Source: an uncultured virus (IMG/VR IMGVR_UViG_3300013093_000023)
Lineage: Duplodnaviria > Heunggongvirae > Uroviricota > Caudoviricetes
Direction: 5' to 3' (one strand)
IMG/VR virus record: IMGVR_UViG_3300013093_000023
Coordinates: 1-64,000 of that record
DNA length: 64,000 nt
Each line of letters begins with the position of its first letter. The first letter of the stretch is position 1. The position numbers and the translations under genes are program-made. Shown here in pieces: positions 29,101-38,778 of the stretch. Below the pieces are notes generated by a model that searched no databases, was not told where the DNA came from, and was given only the letters and a program-made list of their open reading frames with translations.

Positions 29101-31763
29101 CCAGCTAATCCGCTGGCCGCAACACCAGTAATACCTGAGCCATTACCAACCAATTGTGTGCCAGTGTTACCAATTGTATAGGCAAATATGTTACCAATGA
29201 TTAAATTGCCCGATGGTAAACTAATATTACCATATGGATCTAGTGTTGTTGTGTAGGCGCCAGACGTGATTGTTACGTTAGTATACGTACCAACAATGTT
29301 GCCACCAACAAATAAGTTACCGCCAACACCAACACCACCATAAGGCACAACAATAGCGCCAGTTGTGGCACTGGTACTATTAGTGGATGAATTTGAAACA
29401 ATGTTTGCTTGTGTAATAACTGGCGTTGTTAACGTGGTCAGGTATGACGCTACGTTGGCATTACCATAAACAGAACCCGAGCCATAACTTTGACCATTGG
29501 CCCAGAATATACCGCCGGTAGTTGTGATATTACCAGAGCCAATATTACCAGCATAGATCGGTAAATAGCTGGCTACGTTAGCGTTACTGTAAGTACTTGT
29601 AGCAAATGCTACACCATTAGACCAGAATAAGCCATTGGTTGTTATTAAGTTACCAACTGTGGCTGCACCGGATAGACCTAACGTAGCACCAGTTAAGGCG
29701 GCACCTGTGTTACCAATGGTTGCGGCTGTTACTGTTGTAGCTGTGATTGTGTTTACGTATTCGGTGTTGGTTACATATTCGTAGTTAAGGAACTGAACGT
29801 TACCTGTAGCTGTTAGTGTTCCACCAACAGTTAAATTACTTGTTACTATAACATTACCAGACGAGTATATGTCTCCGCCAACGCTTAACCGATGCGCTGG
29901 TTGGATGTTGCCACCAACACCTGTATTTTGTCCGTTACGTGCTAATATTAAATATCCAACTCCCGGTTGAACATCAAGGTTGAATGAATCAACAAAACCA
30001 ATTGTAGCAGTTCTAGAACTTGATGGGGAATTAATAATCAGTGATGCATTATTAAATTTACCAATGGTAATGTTACCGGCTGATGTGTTACCGCTAATAC
30101 CTAAATTGCCGCTAAAGTAGCTGTCGCCAGTTACACCTAAACCGTTACTGACTACTAGGCTTTGTCCAGTTGCTTGCGTGGCACTTGGTGTACCGGCCTG
30201 TACTGTAGTAATGATACTGTTGTTAATGCCAGTATAAACTCCGCCACCAGATGGAGCATTAAATGTTACCGACGTACCATCTGTAGTCATTGCATAATTT
30301 TGAGCACTAGGTACAATATTAGTATTGTAAATTGCGGCACCTGTTCCGCCTGCTAGTGTTCTAAATATTAACCCGCCTTGGCCTGATCCGTATTGTATTG
30401 TGCCGGTAGCCTGTACGTTACCGCCAACGATTGCGTTACCAGCAATACCTGTGCCGCCTTTAACAACTAATGCACCTGTTGTAGTACTTGTACTTGGTGT
30501 TGTGGCCGCCGCTACCAGATTACCTTGTATGGTTTCAGTAGAAGTAATAACTTCTTGATTGGTATAGATAATATTAGCAACGGTTAAGTTACCAGTGATA
30601 GTTACGTTACCAGCTTGAATATTTCCGGTATAGGTTGGTAAGTAAGCACCAACGTTGGCTGTGGTAAAATAAGAAAGCGCATATGGTTGGCCATTTGCGT
30701 ATAATAGTGTATTGGTTAATACGTTACCAGCAGTAACGTTTCCAGTAACATATACCTGTGCAGTCGGAACTACAACGCTACCAGAACCATCTGGTGATAA
30801 ATTTAAGTTAGCATTAGAACCAGCAGTGGTTGTGTATATGGTGCTGATTATATTACCAGCCGATACATTGCCAGTTGTAGAAATACTGTTTGATCCAAAG
30901 TTAGTTGATAAGAATTTAGCTACGTTTGAATCGTTGTAGGCAATGATACTTACATTTGTTAAGTAAGCGGTTAGGTTGGCGTTTGAATAAAAACTAAATG
31001 CGTATGGAGCACCATTGGCATAGTAGATGCTATTGGTCAATAAGTTACCAGTTGTAACAGATTGATTATATATTGCGGCATTGGCCAGCAAGTAGTTAAC
31101 ACCAGAAATATTACCAGCAATACCTTGTGCTGTGGTAACAATATTACCAGCATAAATGTTACCTGTTGATGTAACAAAGTTACCAGCTAAAATGTTTGCT
31201 GTAGTTACTAAAGCATTACCTGCGGATCCGGCAATATTAATATTACCACCAACACCAACTCCGCCAGTAACAATAAATGCGCCAGTAACTGAGTTGATAC
31301 TAATAGTGTTGCCACTGATTTTTAACGGGCTGTTTATTGAAACGTTAGCAGAGCCTTTGGCACGTAAATTTAAATCAATGTTAGTGTCTGCTCCAGCTAC
31401 AGTAATAGTTGGACCAAAGCCTGTTGCGCCGCCATTGGCTGTTAGATAGTTTGTTGAGGCGGTACCAATTGCAACGTTGCTGGTTACATTTAGTCCGTAT
31501 GTGGTTAAGTTAGCATACCCAGCGGAATTGATATTGCCGTTAGAAGAGCCGTCATCGGCTGTATAACCGAGTACAAATCCTTGGCCGGCTTCATTCCAGT
31601 ATAATGCTACGTTAGCAACACTACCTACGCCATCTGTTCGATTAAAAATAAAGCCTACATCGACGTTGGCCTGCGTTGCCGCAGAATTAATAACCGTTAA
31701 ATTATCGGTTAGGCTGGCCGAATTTGTTAATAATTGCCCTAAGCGCGGTCTAGTTAATGCCAT
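26178..31763 (-). CDS. Very long repetitive fibre protein (1861 aa)
   Basis: More than ten YxNANVxxYL / G.FW.NG repeats, TGA..V.GG.G..G repeats, C-terminal DMG/DLG motifs. Confidence 0.85.
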   Translation of the reverse strand: MALTRPRLGQLLTNSASLTDNLTVINSAATQANVDVGFIFNRTDGVGSVANVALYWNEAGQGFVLGYTADDGSSNGNINSAGYANLTTYGLNVTSNVAIGTASTNYLTANGGATGFGPTITVAGADTNIDLNLRAKGSANVSINSPLKISGNTISINSVTGAFIVTGGVGVGGNINIAGSAGNALVTTANILAGNFVTSTGNIYAGNIVTTAQGIAGNISGVNYLLANAAIYNQSVTTGNLLTNSIYYANGAPYAFSFYSNANLTAYLTNVSIIAYNDSNVAKFLSTNFGSNSISTTGNVSAGNIISTIYTTTAGSNANLNLSPDGSGSVVVPTAQVYVTGNVTAGNVLTNTLLYANGQPYALSYFTTANVGAYLPTYTGNIQAGNVTITGNLTVANIIYTNQEVITSTETIQGNLVAAATTPSTSTTTGALVVKGGTGIAGNAIVGGNVQATGTIQYGSGQGGLIFRTLAGGTGAAIYNTNIVPSAQNYAMTTDGTSVTFNAPSGGGVYTGINNSIITTVQAGTPSATQATGQSLVVSNGLGVTGDSYFSGNLGISGNTSAGNITIGKFNNASLIINSPSSSRTATIGFVDSFNLDVQPGVGYLILARNGQNTGVGGNIQPAHRLSVGGDIYSSGNVIVTSNLTVGGTLTATGNVQFLNYEYVTNTEYVNTITATTVTAATIGNTGAALTGATLGLSGAATVGNLITTNGLFWSNGVAFATSTYSNANVASYLPIYAGNIGSGNITTTGGIFWANGQSYGSGSVYGNANVASYLTTLTTPVITQANIVSNSSTNSTSATTGAIVVPYGGVGVGGNLFVGGNIVGTYTNVTITSGAYTTTLDPYGNISLPSGNLIIGNIFAYTIGNTGTQLVGNGSGITGVAASGLAGTANTAQVALTTQITNSTSSGIYYPTFANITAGNTQLWASSTNLFFQPSSGNLTAVNFNGQYYGAIITPIQTNILQVGNLNSLSVGNVTTLFGNTVIANTTPSTSATTGALTVPTGGVGIGGNLFVGGNANINIANITNTYTGTIQSTTAFGNLWNTSNTVGNIYVGTSTANVTITGNANIANLTITNLLWPNGISYSSGIVAGITNYGNSNVAGYLPTYTGNIGAVYTLGGVYWAGNNTPFGYSNTAAAAFLPVYSGNLRAGNVTITGNLTVANIIYTNQEIITTTDTIQGNLVAASGTASTNTTSGALVVIGGAGVSGNVYAGANLNVGLNSTVSGYQVINNLTNQPALQIIGNSWRGGVGYHDFLQVTNTYTGATTPTKWFRLNSTGGLEIVNSGYSQVIFSLDDGGNVIATSNITASNRLITSGGLFWSNGVSYGSSISAAIGVYGNANVAGYLPTYGGNVLASTVYSNGYFWAANGFSIVYGNIAANAYVSNTLLPNYQGNLQAGNLLVTSASGQGGNISTGNILSSGYFWANGAPFITSNYGNANVASYLTSYGGFLFASQVRTNSNIQVGGNLIVTNDSYLLGNATITGNLIVANITYLNQEFVSTSEVVTGNLVANSGTTSSNVSTGAMVVVGGAGISGALNVGGNLTVANIQTTGTSGNISGVDNLFANVINLASNINASTGNLNISGNINYTGNVFSGGIPTGTNSYYNIAPLNLNNSLTGGVKTQLNLINTGGSSGAGSAIDFYTYTNQATSTAPGARLSVIDDGVYSASWNFYTKTPGAPSNTLTSRFSISDIGIVTVSSTSPAANVSSGALQVAGGISTPGNVYANAIYTTTGLYWAGNNNIISIGGGGGSPVGVSGAIQYNNGGVLAAANLIYNSGNNTILANGNVNSTSNVSGTMQIVGGMGVTGNIFANAVYTTTGIFWQGNGYPMSTGSLFPYLDMGFITDTTAPVPAVFDLGSVAP

Positions 31764-31771
31764 ATATTCTC

Positions 31772-31800
31772 ACCATTTTGTATATTTATCACAAAATGGT
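31772..31800 (-). promoter_or_regulatory. Late promoter GATAAATA (31783-31790) in the loop of a perfect 10-bp inverted repeat
   Basis: ACCATTTTGT (31772-31781) / ACAAAATGGT (31791-31800). Confidence 0.7.
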
Positions 31801-31822
31801 AAAGGGCCCGTATAGGCCCTTT
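31801..31822. terminator. Hairpin terminator
   Basis: AAAGGGCC-cgtata-GGCCCTTT. Confidence 0.7.
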
Positions 31823-31851
31823 GGTGTGTTATAAAAATTAGCAATCGATTG

Positions 31852-34800
31852 TTAAATCAGCATATATTCTTTTTTAACTCTTACCTGCGTTGTGGCATTT
31901 ACTGCTGTGTAGTTCAATATTGCGTTGCCACCACTGACTGTAGCACTTACTACACCCAGGTTAGAACCTAATGTTACGTTACCATAGCCTGTGATTGCCG
32001 CTGTGGTACCGTTTTGTATCATTAAGGCTTCATAAGACTGATAATTTGAACCGTAAGTAGCCTGAATTGTATACTTGGCTGTACGATAAGTAGATGCGCT
32101 AAAGCTGTCAATTTGTACCGGAACACCAGCACTACCAACTGCTACGTTTGCTACTCCACATACTTCAGCACCGTTGCTTAAATAGCTAGTTGTAACAACA
32201 GGAACACTAGTACCAGTGGTAATATAGGCACCGTTGTTGTCAACTGATACCTGGAATAGTCCGTTCAGGCTGGCAATTCCAGTGACTGTTTGTGTTGTTG
32301 TTAGAATACGTACATCAATAACGTCAGTGTTTGCTGGAGCTTCTGTAAATGTTAATGTTGTACCACTTACAGAGTAAGCTAGTGTTGGAATCTGTATAAC
32401 ACCGTTAATACTTACAAGTGTACCAGCTGTTGTTGCTGACTGACTTAGTGTAAATGCTGTTTGGCTACCCGTTCCTGTAAACTGTTGATCAACAATTACA
32501 GTAAAGTTTGTAGTAGCACCTTGCCAACTTGTGCCGTTATACCATTCTATAAATCCTGAAAAATTGTTATAACGCAACATACCAGCAGTATCAACCCCGC
32601 CACTGTTACCAGGACGCTGACTGTTACTACCACTTGGTAATAAAATAGAATCTGTTGTGTTAATAATTAACTTAGCACCAGTGACTAAAGTACTAGTAGT
32701 GGCTGAGTTACCAATAACTACCTGATCATATGTTGATCCAGGACGTGCCCAAATTAATGTAGCATCGTTTTTACCTTTGACTATTACATCATTACCAGCT
32801 GTGCCGCTACCGTTGAATAAGGTAGCACCGCCGTGGTATACGTTACCCGTAATACTTGCGCCACCCCAGAGCTGGAATGCTCCAGTATTGGCAGTTAGGT
32901 TATTGTTAGTAGGTAGTTTTAATGTAAAGTTACCTGAGTTATTTACGTTACCGTGGAATCGCGCGACTTCAGCATTGGCTATAAATCCACCTACACCAAT
33001 AACTATGTCATTGTATCCACCAGTACTGCCAGTTGCCATAACCAAATTGCCGCCAACTGATGTGTTAGCACCAGACGCAAATACGTAACCATCGTTTGAT
33101 TTGGTAATTGTATAGTTAACGTCACTGAACGCATCGCCAGTGAAACCCATGTCCATCCACCCTTGGTCGCCAACTGCTAGGTTATAGTTATTGGCGTAAG
33201 CAATAAAGTCACTTGAACCAGTATTAGTACCATTGATTAAAGCGTCTTGTGTATATTGTACACCAGCACCAGTTGAGCTTGTGCCACGTTTAACAGCGAT
33301 TGCACTTGTTAATGGAGTTGCTTGTGCTAACGACCCAACAAACAGCTGACCTGCTGAGTTAATGTTACCAGTAACTGCCAGGCCACCGTTTGGAATTACC
33401 AATGCACCGGTTGTGTTGTTGTTTGTGTTAGTTGCGGCTGTTAATAATAGGTTAGCAGAGAAGTTGCTGATGCCACCAACGTTTAATGCGCCGCCAATGC
33501 CAGCACCACCGGATCCGGCAATTACCAATGCGCCAGTTGTTGTACTTGTACTTGCTGTACCACTATTACCAACAATGTTACCTGCGTGTATCGAAGTGCC
33601 AGTTGATACTATAGTAGTAAATGTAGCGGCAGCCGGAGTAACATTACCAATTATTACGTTGTTTAGTGTACCACCAGTTACGTATGCGTTTGGTGATGAA
33701 AAATTGGTTGGAATTAACGATGTTGTAGTTAAATTTGTAATCGATGCTGTGGTTATTGTTGCGTTAGTTAACGCACTAATATATCCGCCGCTGATAACAG
33801 CGTTGGCTGTATTGATACTACCAGCATACAAACTATTTAAAATGTTACCATATGTGGAGTTTAACGGACCTGAATAAATTGCGCCAGCAATACCAGCTCC
33901 GCCAGAAATACGCAAGGCACCAGTTGAACTACTTGTACTAGGTGTTGTGTTAGAAGCATAGTATTCGCCAGATTTAATTGTACCATATGCTGTGCCTGTG
34001 AATACGTTTGCTGTATCTGTACCACGAGCATACCATTCCAAGAATCCAGTGTCATTAGCACGACCAAAGAATGCCGCAGAGTCTGAAGTATCATAATAGT
34101 GAATTTTAATACCAATATCAAATCCGTCGTTACTTGTCAGCGGAGTTAGATCGGTTGGTGTATGTAAGTTAATAATTGGGTCTGTTACACTTAATGAACT
34201 CGAACCAATGCTTACACTTTGACCAGTTACTGATAAGTTACCAGTGACAGTCAGGTTGCCAGTGATTAATGCCTGACCACCTACGTTTAAGTTACCACCT
34301 ACTCCTAAGCCGCCAGTAACAACTATAGCTCCAGTATTAGAAGTTATGCTGTTAATAGCAGAACTAATAAACAATTGATTAGTACCGCTAATAGTTGTAA
34401 ACGCACCAGAACTCTGTGATGATGCTCCAACCGGAATGCCGTTTAAACTACCGCCAGTGATTACAGCGTTACCGGTGGCAAAGTTTGTAAAGGTTCCATA
34501 GCTGGCGCTAATGTTAGAGATACCGGCAATGTAACCACCGGTGACTACTGCGTTGGCTGTGTTTAATGAACCAAAGTAACCAGTTGTAATATTACCGGCT
34601 ACTGCGTTAACAGCGGCGCCGGTGAATGTACCACTTGCGATTGTTGCGTTAGCGGCATATAAGTTTGTTACTGTGTCAAACGTTGTAGTTACGTTAGACA
34701 ATCCAGTTAAGTAGCCGCCAGCAATTCTTGCATTGGCTGTATAAAAGTTTGTGGCAGTTAAATTGGTTACTGACTGTGTTGTAACAGCTAGGTTTGGTGT

Positions 34801-35580
34801 GCTAAAGTTTGTGGCATAGGCTGTAGTAACATAAATGTTAGCTAGGTTAGTGATGTAACCACCATTTATAAAAACGTTACCTGAATAAAAGTTTACCGCG
34901 GTATCGTTAGTAATTTGTGCTGTAGTTAAACTGGCATAGCCAGCATAGATGTTGGCAATTGGTGTACCACTTGTACCAATATATGTTTGGCTGCCTGTAA
35001 TTGCGGCATTGCCTGAGTTAAAGTTTGTTGCCTGTAGTGTTGTAAAGGCACCAGTTGTAAATGCGCCTGTGTTTGGTGTAACACTTCCAATTGGAGTATT
35101 TTGTACACCGCCTGGCGAATAAATTATACCAGTGGTGGTAGTTAAACTGTTGGCAAATAAGTTGCCAGATTTAATGTTGGCGTATCCGCTGATTCCTACA
35201 GCGCCGGCAGTTTGTCCTGTTTCAGTTGTAACAATGGCTTCAAATGCCTGATCCGCTTCTTTCCATATAAACGCTGTATTTTGTCCTGAAGCATAACCTG
35301 TTAGTGTGCCTAGAGCACGGTTTACTAACATACCAATATCGTATGCTGGCACACCAGCGTAACCATTGTTGAATACAATCAAGGGATCGTTAACATAGGT
35401 GTTAGTAGAGTTGATTGTTGTGCTGTTACCGCTAACAGATAAATTACCAACAATAGTAATGTTGGAATTTAGCGTCAGTGTTGGGTTAAAAACAGAGCCG
35501 ACTAAGGTACCAGGTGCAATTTTTTGGTACTGAATGGTTTGGTCAGTAATCTGGTTATTTTGAATTCGGGTAACAGCCAT
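31852..35580 (-). CDS. Long fibre/baseplate-associated structural protein (1242 aa)
   Basis: N/T/G-rich repeats; LPSG...QRP....GMLRYN....EWYNG..W and F.G.G..T.F.L......LVSINGV.Q.P modules. GATAAATA at 35612-35619. Confidence 0.8.
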   Translation of the reverse strand: MAVTRIQNNQITDQTIQYQKIAPGTLVGSVFNPTLTLNSNITIVGNLSVSGNSTTINSTNTYVNDPLIVFNNGYAGVPAYDIGMLVNRALGTLTGYASGQNTAFIWKEADQAFEAIVTTETGQTAGAVGISGYANIKSGNLFANSLTTTTGIIYSPGGVQNTPIGSVTPNTGAFTTGAFTTLQATNFNSGNAAITGSQTYIGTSGTPIANIYAGYASLTTAQITNDTAVNFYSGNVFINGGYITNLANIYVTTAYATNFSTPNLAVTTQSVTNLTATNFYTANARIAGGYLTGLSNVTTTFDTVTNLYAANATIASGTFTGAAVNAVAGNITTGYFGSLNTANAVVTGGYIAGISNISASYGTFTNFATGNAVITGGSLNGIPVGASSQSSGAFTTISGTNQLFISSAINSITSNTGAIVVTGGLGVGGNLNVGGQALITGNLTVTGNLSVTGQSVSIGSSSLSVTDPIINLHTPTDLTPLTSNDGFDIGIKIHYYDTSDSAAFFGRANDTGFLEWYARGTDTANVFTGTAYGTIKSGEYYASNTTPSTSSSTGALRISGGAGIAGAIYSGPLNSTYGNILNSLYAGSINTANAVISGGYISALTNATITTASITNLTTTSLIPTNFSSPNAYVTGGTLNNVIIGNVTPAAATFTTIVSTGTSIHAGNIVGNSGTASTSTTTGALVIAGSGGAGIGGALNVGGISNFSANLLLTAATNTNNNTTGALVIPNGGLAVTGNINSAGQLFVGSLAQATPLTSAIAVKRGTSSTGAGVQYTQDALINGTNTGSSDFIAYANNYNLAVGDQGWMDMGFTGDAFSDVNYTITKSNDGYVFASGANTSVGGNLVMATGSTGGYNDIVIGVGGFIANAEVARFHGNVNNSGNFTLKLPTNNNLTANTGAFQLWGGASITGNVYHGGATLFNGSGTAGNDVIVKGKNDATLIWARPGSTYDQVVIGNSATTSTLVTGAKLIINTTDSILLPSGSNSQRPGNSGGVDTAGMLRYNNFSGFIEWYNGTSWQGATTNFTVIVDQQFTGTGSQTAFTLSQSATTAGTLVSINGVIQIPTLAYSVSGTTLTFTEAPANTDVIDVRILTTTQTVTGIASLNGLFQVSVDNNGAYITTGTSVPVVTTSYLSNGAEVCGVANVAVGSAGVPVQIDSFSASTYRTAKYTIQATYGSNYQSYEALMIQNGTTAAITGYGNVTLGSNLGVVSATVSGGNAILNYTAVNATTQVRVKKEYMLI

Positions 35581-35650
35581 GCTCAGATCCTCAGTATTTG
35601 GGTAATATTGTTATTTATCGCTCTAGCAAATAATGTAAAGTGCGCTAAAA

Positions 35651-36610
35651 TTATGATATTGAGCCCCAAACTGTACCTGTAGCTACCCAGATTATACTGT
35701 AGCCATTTGTTTTAATAGCTGGCCCGCCGGCGCCGCCATAGTAAATTGGATTACTAGTACCAGTGGTTGTAGAAACACCGGCACTATTTGCAGTACCGCC
35801 CGAGCCTGACTGTATTGACCCAACGTTTCCTATTATTGCGTCGTTTCCAGCATTTCCGCCCGGTTGACCCCATCCGCCACCACCAGCCCCAGCATAGTGC
35901 CAAACCTGTACTGTTCCACTAATATAATTTCTTGTAGCGGCTCCACCACTGCCACCTGAGCCTCCACCGTACCCCGGGAAATCGTAATCACCAGGAACAC
36001 CGTTGGTACTTACATATCCGCCACCAGTACCGGGTATTACACACCCACCGCCGCCTCCGGCGGCGTAATTAGATAGACCATTAAATCCAAAGCCACCTAT
36101 TAGGCCGCCCTGACCACCACCATTGGCACCGGATTCTATGGTATTACCACCGTATCCACCCCCGGCGCCACCACCACCTCCGGCAAAATTGTCAGAAGCT
36201 CCGCCACCGCCTCCACCAACAATATAACTGTTATTTCTAATAGCTATACCGTCAGTGAGATTAATAGCCGGGCCGCCATTGCCACCATTGGCGCTTCCGT
36301 ATGTGCCACCTTGTCCGCCCATACCCATAATATAGCCATTATTAATTACTGTTACTCCCGATGGCCATTTGCCACCCATATCAAGTGCGGCGTTGGCAGT
36401 ATTAGCACTCCAGATATAAACCCCAGAATTTATAGTAACAGTAACAGCACTATACCCGTCCCAGACATTAAGATTTGCTACAAAGGTAGATAAGTTTAAT
36501 TCTTTTTGTGAACTACTAATTGTTACCGAAATTGGATTATTGGGCAAGCCGGTGAAACCAACTTTGATGTTGCCACCTAATGTAATTCCCGGTTCTATTA
36601 CAATGCCCAT
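35651..36610 (-). CDS. Glycine-rich receptor-recognition adhesin (T2 gp38-like), paralog 1
   Basis: VTVTINSGVYIWS.NT.NAAL......V.VINNGYIMGMGG.GG...GG.AI....IRNN.YI.GGGGGG plus polyglycine loops. Confidence 0.75.
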   Translation of the reverse strand: MGIVIEPGITLGGNIKVGFTGLPNNPISVTISSSQKELNLSTFVANLNVWDGYSAVTVTINSGVYIWSANTANAALDMGGKWPSGVTVINNGYIMGMGGQGGTYGSANGGNGGPAINLTDGIAIRNNSYIVGGGGGGASDNFAGGGGGAGGGYGGNTIESGANGGGQGGLIGGFGFNGLSNYAAGGGGGCVIPGTGGGYVSTNGVPGDYDFPGYGGGSGGSGGAATRNYISGTVQVWHYAGAGGGGWGQPGGNAGNDAIIGNVGSIQSGSGGTANSAGVSTTTGTSNPIYYGGAGGPAIKTNGYSIIWVATGTVWGSIS

Positions 36611-36627
36611 ATTTTATTGTCCTGCTG

Positions 36628-37794
36628 TTATGAATTCAGTCCAAATATAACCTGATTGGTATCGCCGCCACCTGCATATATCCACGGAGATCCGTAACTG
36701 GGCGCAGTAGTATTCTCTGCCCACTTTAATCCATTTGTGCTGGTATAAACAACTCCCACATAGCCTGAGTTATAAGCAGTAAAATAATAAACAAACATTC
36801 CGTTGGTGTATATCAAATTAAACATACTATATCCAAGGGGAACGTCCCATGTGGCATTATAATTAAATGCGTTTGGATTGGCTGTCCAAGTTGTTCCATT
36901 TGAGCTGGTCCAACAGGTACCTTTATGAATAGGATCCACAATAACGTAAGTGCTATTTCCGTAAGCAAGCGTCGGAGTTGACGAACTTGACATACCGGTT
37001 ACTGTCATGGTACCACCAGTCCAGGTACCACCGTTTGAACTTGTAAGATATGACATCTGGTCGGTTGTTCCTTGACTCCATGCCATATACCATTGACTGC
37101 CAGTCCATACTGGAGTACTATAAGGACCTATGCCTGCTGGCCAACCACTAGAAGCCGGAGCAACGTTGGTCCAGCTAGAACCATTTGTACTATATGCTGT
37201 GTGCCCATCCTGGGAATACATTGTGAAATTATTACCGGCTCCGGTCAACCCATTCCAATTTGATGCTGTTACCGCACTGGTGCTACTGGTCCAAGACGAA
37301 CCATTATTGGTCGAATAGGCAATTTGTCCCGAAGGAGTAAATGTACCAGTATTAGAGTATCCGGGCTGGGCTACCCAGGTGCCGTTGGCGTATGCTAAAA
37401 ATCTCCATGCGTTGTTAGCTGAAGGATTAAGCGTCGGTAATGAAGTTGCGGTAGACCAGGTAACTGAGTCTGTAGTTGTTACCACTTGTCCAGTTGTAGA
37501 AATAGCCATTATAACCGACCCACTAGAAGCGACGGCAATAAACTGAGCAGATGTGGCTGGTGTTGTTGTATAAGATGTCCAAGTTGCCGTCGGGGTTATT
37601 TGTGTTCTAATATATGAACTTTGCATGGTAGTACTACCAGCATTGTAGATAGATTCAAGCGCATTAACTAATACTATTCGGCCAGTGAATGTCGGTGCAG
37701 TTGCGGAATATGCCTGCAACCAAGTTGGTGGCCATGGTGGAGATATAGATATCCCACCTCCCATACTAATACCGTTTTCAATTGTTATGGCCAT
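36628..37794 (-). CDS. Beta-propeller (Asp-box/BNR-like repeat) virion protein
   Basis: Repeated YSTNNGSSW / TSSNG.TW / LAYGN..(W/Y)V blades. Confidence 0.7.
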   Translation of the reverse strand: MAITIENGISMGGGISISPPWPPTWLQAYSATAPTFTGRIVLVNALESIYNAGSTTMQSSYIRTQITPTATWTSYTTTPATSAQFIAVASSGSVIMAISTTGQVVTTTDSVTWSTATSLPTLNPSANNAWRFLAYANGTWVAQPGYSNTGTFTPSGQIAYSTNNGSSWTSSTSAVTASNWNGLTGAGNNFTMYSQDGHTAYSTNGSSWTNVAPASSGWPAGIGPYSTPVWTGSQWYMAWSQGTTDQMSYLTSSNGGTWTGGTMTVTGMSSSSTPTLAYGNSTYVIVDPIHKGTCWTSSNGTTWTANPNAFNYNATWDVPLGYSMFNLIYTNGMFVYYFTAYNSGYVGVVYTSTNGLKWAENTTAPSYGSPWIYAGGGDTNQVIFGLNS

Positions 37795-38774
37795 TATGAT
37801 ACATTTCCGTATACAGCACCGGTGTTGCTACCTTGCCAGGTCACAGAAAAATTATTTAACTGTATAGCACTTCCTCCCGTACCACCACGATAAAAAGTAC
37901 TTGTGCTGTATGTCCCAGTTACTGTAGTATTTCCGCCCTGACCTGACCCACTGCCTCCAGCGCCTGATATGTTTGCGTATGCCACAACAGAAATATTTCC
38001 GTTGCCATCTCTGTTGTCAGAATAATACACAGCATCTCCCCCTTTGGCTCCCCAACCGCCGCCACCTGCACCTGCATAGTGCTCGGCGCCAACAAAAAGA
38101 AAGGACCATGTGCCATAAGGACTATTTAAGTATGAGACGGATTGTGTGTAAGCGGATCCGCCACCGCCTGCACCACCACCATTTGCCCCAACACTTGTTG
38201 AAGATTGTATCCCGGTAGTATTTACACTAGCGCCGCCTGTGCCTGGTAGTATCCGTCCTCCTGCTCCGTATAATCCAGTCTGTCCTGGAGCACCACCTGC
38301 CACGTTGCCAAGCGCCGATAATCCGCCGCCTGCACCGCCTCCGCCCAAACCACCCCATCCGGCACCGCCGCCGCCTCCGCCGGCTATGTATCCAAGATTT
38401 ATTATATTTGCATTGGTAACTAAATTGATAGCGGCTCCACCCGGAAATGCATTACCACCGCTAGTGCCGTTGCCTCCCATTCCCATGATGTACCCGTTGT
38501 TGACTAAGGTCAATCCGTACTGCCAAGAACCAGTGGTCAAAGCGGCATTGGCAGTATTGTTGCTCCAAATATACACCCCAGAGTTTACAGTGATATTACC
38601 AGGTTGGTTAGGTTTCCACCCTTGACTAGTAGCCCAAGTGGCTAAATTTAATTCTTGTTGATTGCTTGTTATAGTAGCGGTAAAAAGACTGCCAGCTACC
38701 GAAACAGCTCTTTTTACTTTTGCAGGTCCTACGCTAGAGGGGGATAAAATTCCAGTAGTTCTACCAAATTTCAT
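37794..38774 (-). CDS. Glycine-rich receptor-recognition adhesin (T2 gp38-like), paralog 2
   Basis: ITVNSGVYIWSNNTANAAL...LVNNGYIMGMGG. Shares HYAGAGGGGWG with 35651..36610. Confidence 0.75.
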   Translation of the reverse strand: MKFGRTTGILSPSSVGPAKVKRAVSVAGSLFTATITSNQQELNLATWATSQGWKPNQPGNITVNSGVYIWSNNTANAALTTGSWQYGLTLVNNGYIMGMGGNGTSGGNAFPGGAAINLVTNANIINLGYIAGGGGGGAGWGGLGGGGAGGGLSALGNVAGGAPGQTGLYGAGGRILPGTGGASVNTTGIQSSTSVGANGGGAGGGGSAYTQSVSYLNSPYGTWSFLFVGAEHYAGAGGGGWGAKGGDAVYYSDNRDGNGNISVVAYANISGAGGSGSGQGGNTTVTGTYSTSTFYRGGTGGSAIQLNNFSVTWQGSNTGAVYGNVS

Positions 38775-38778
38775 AGAA

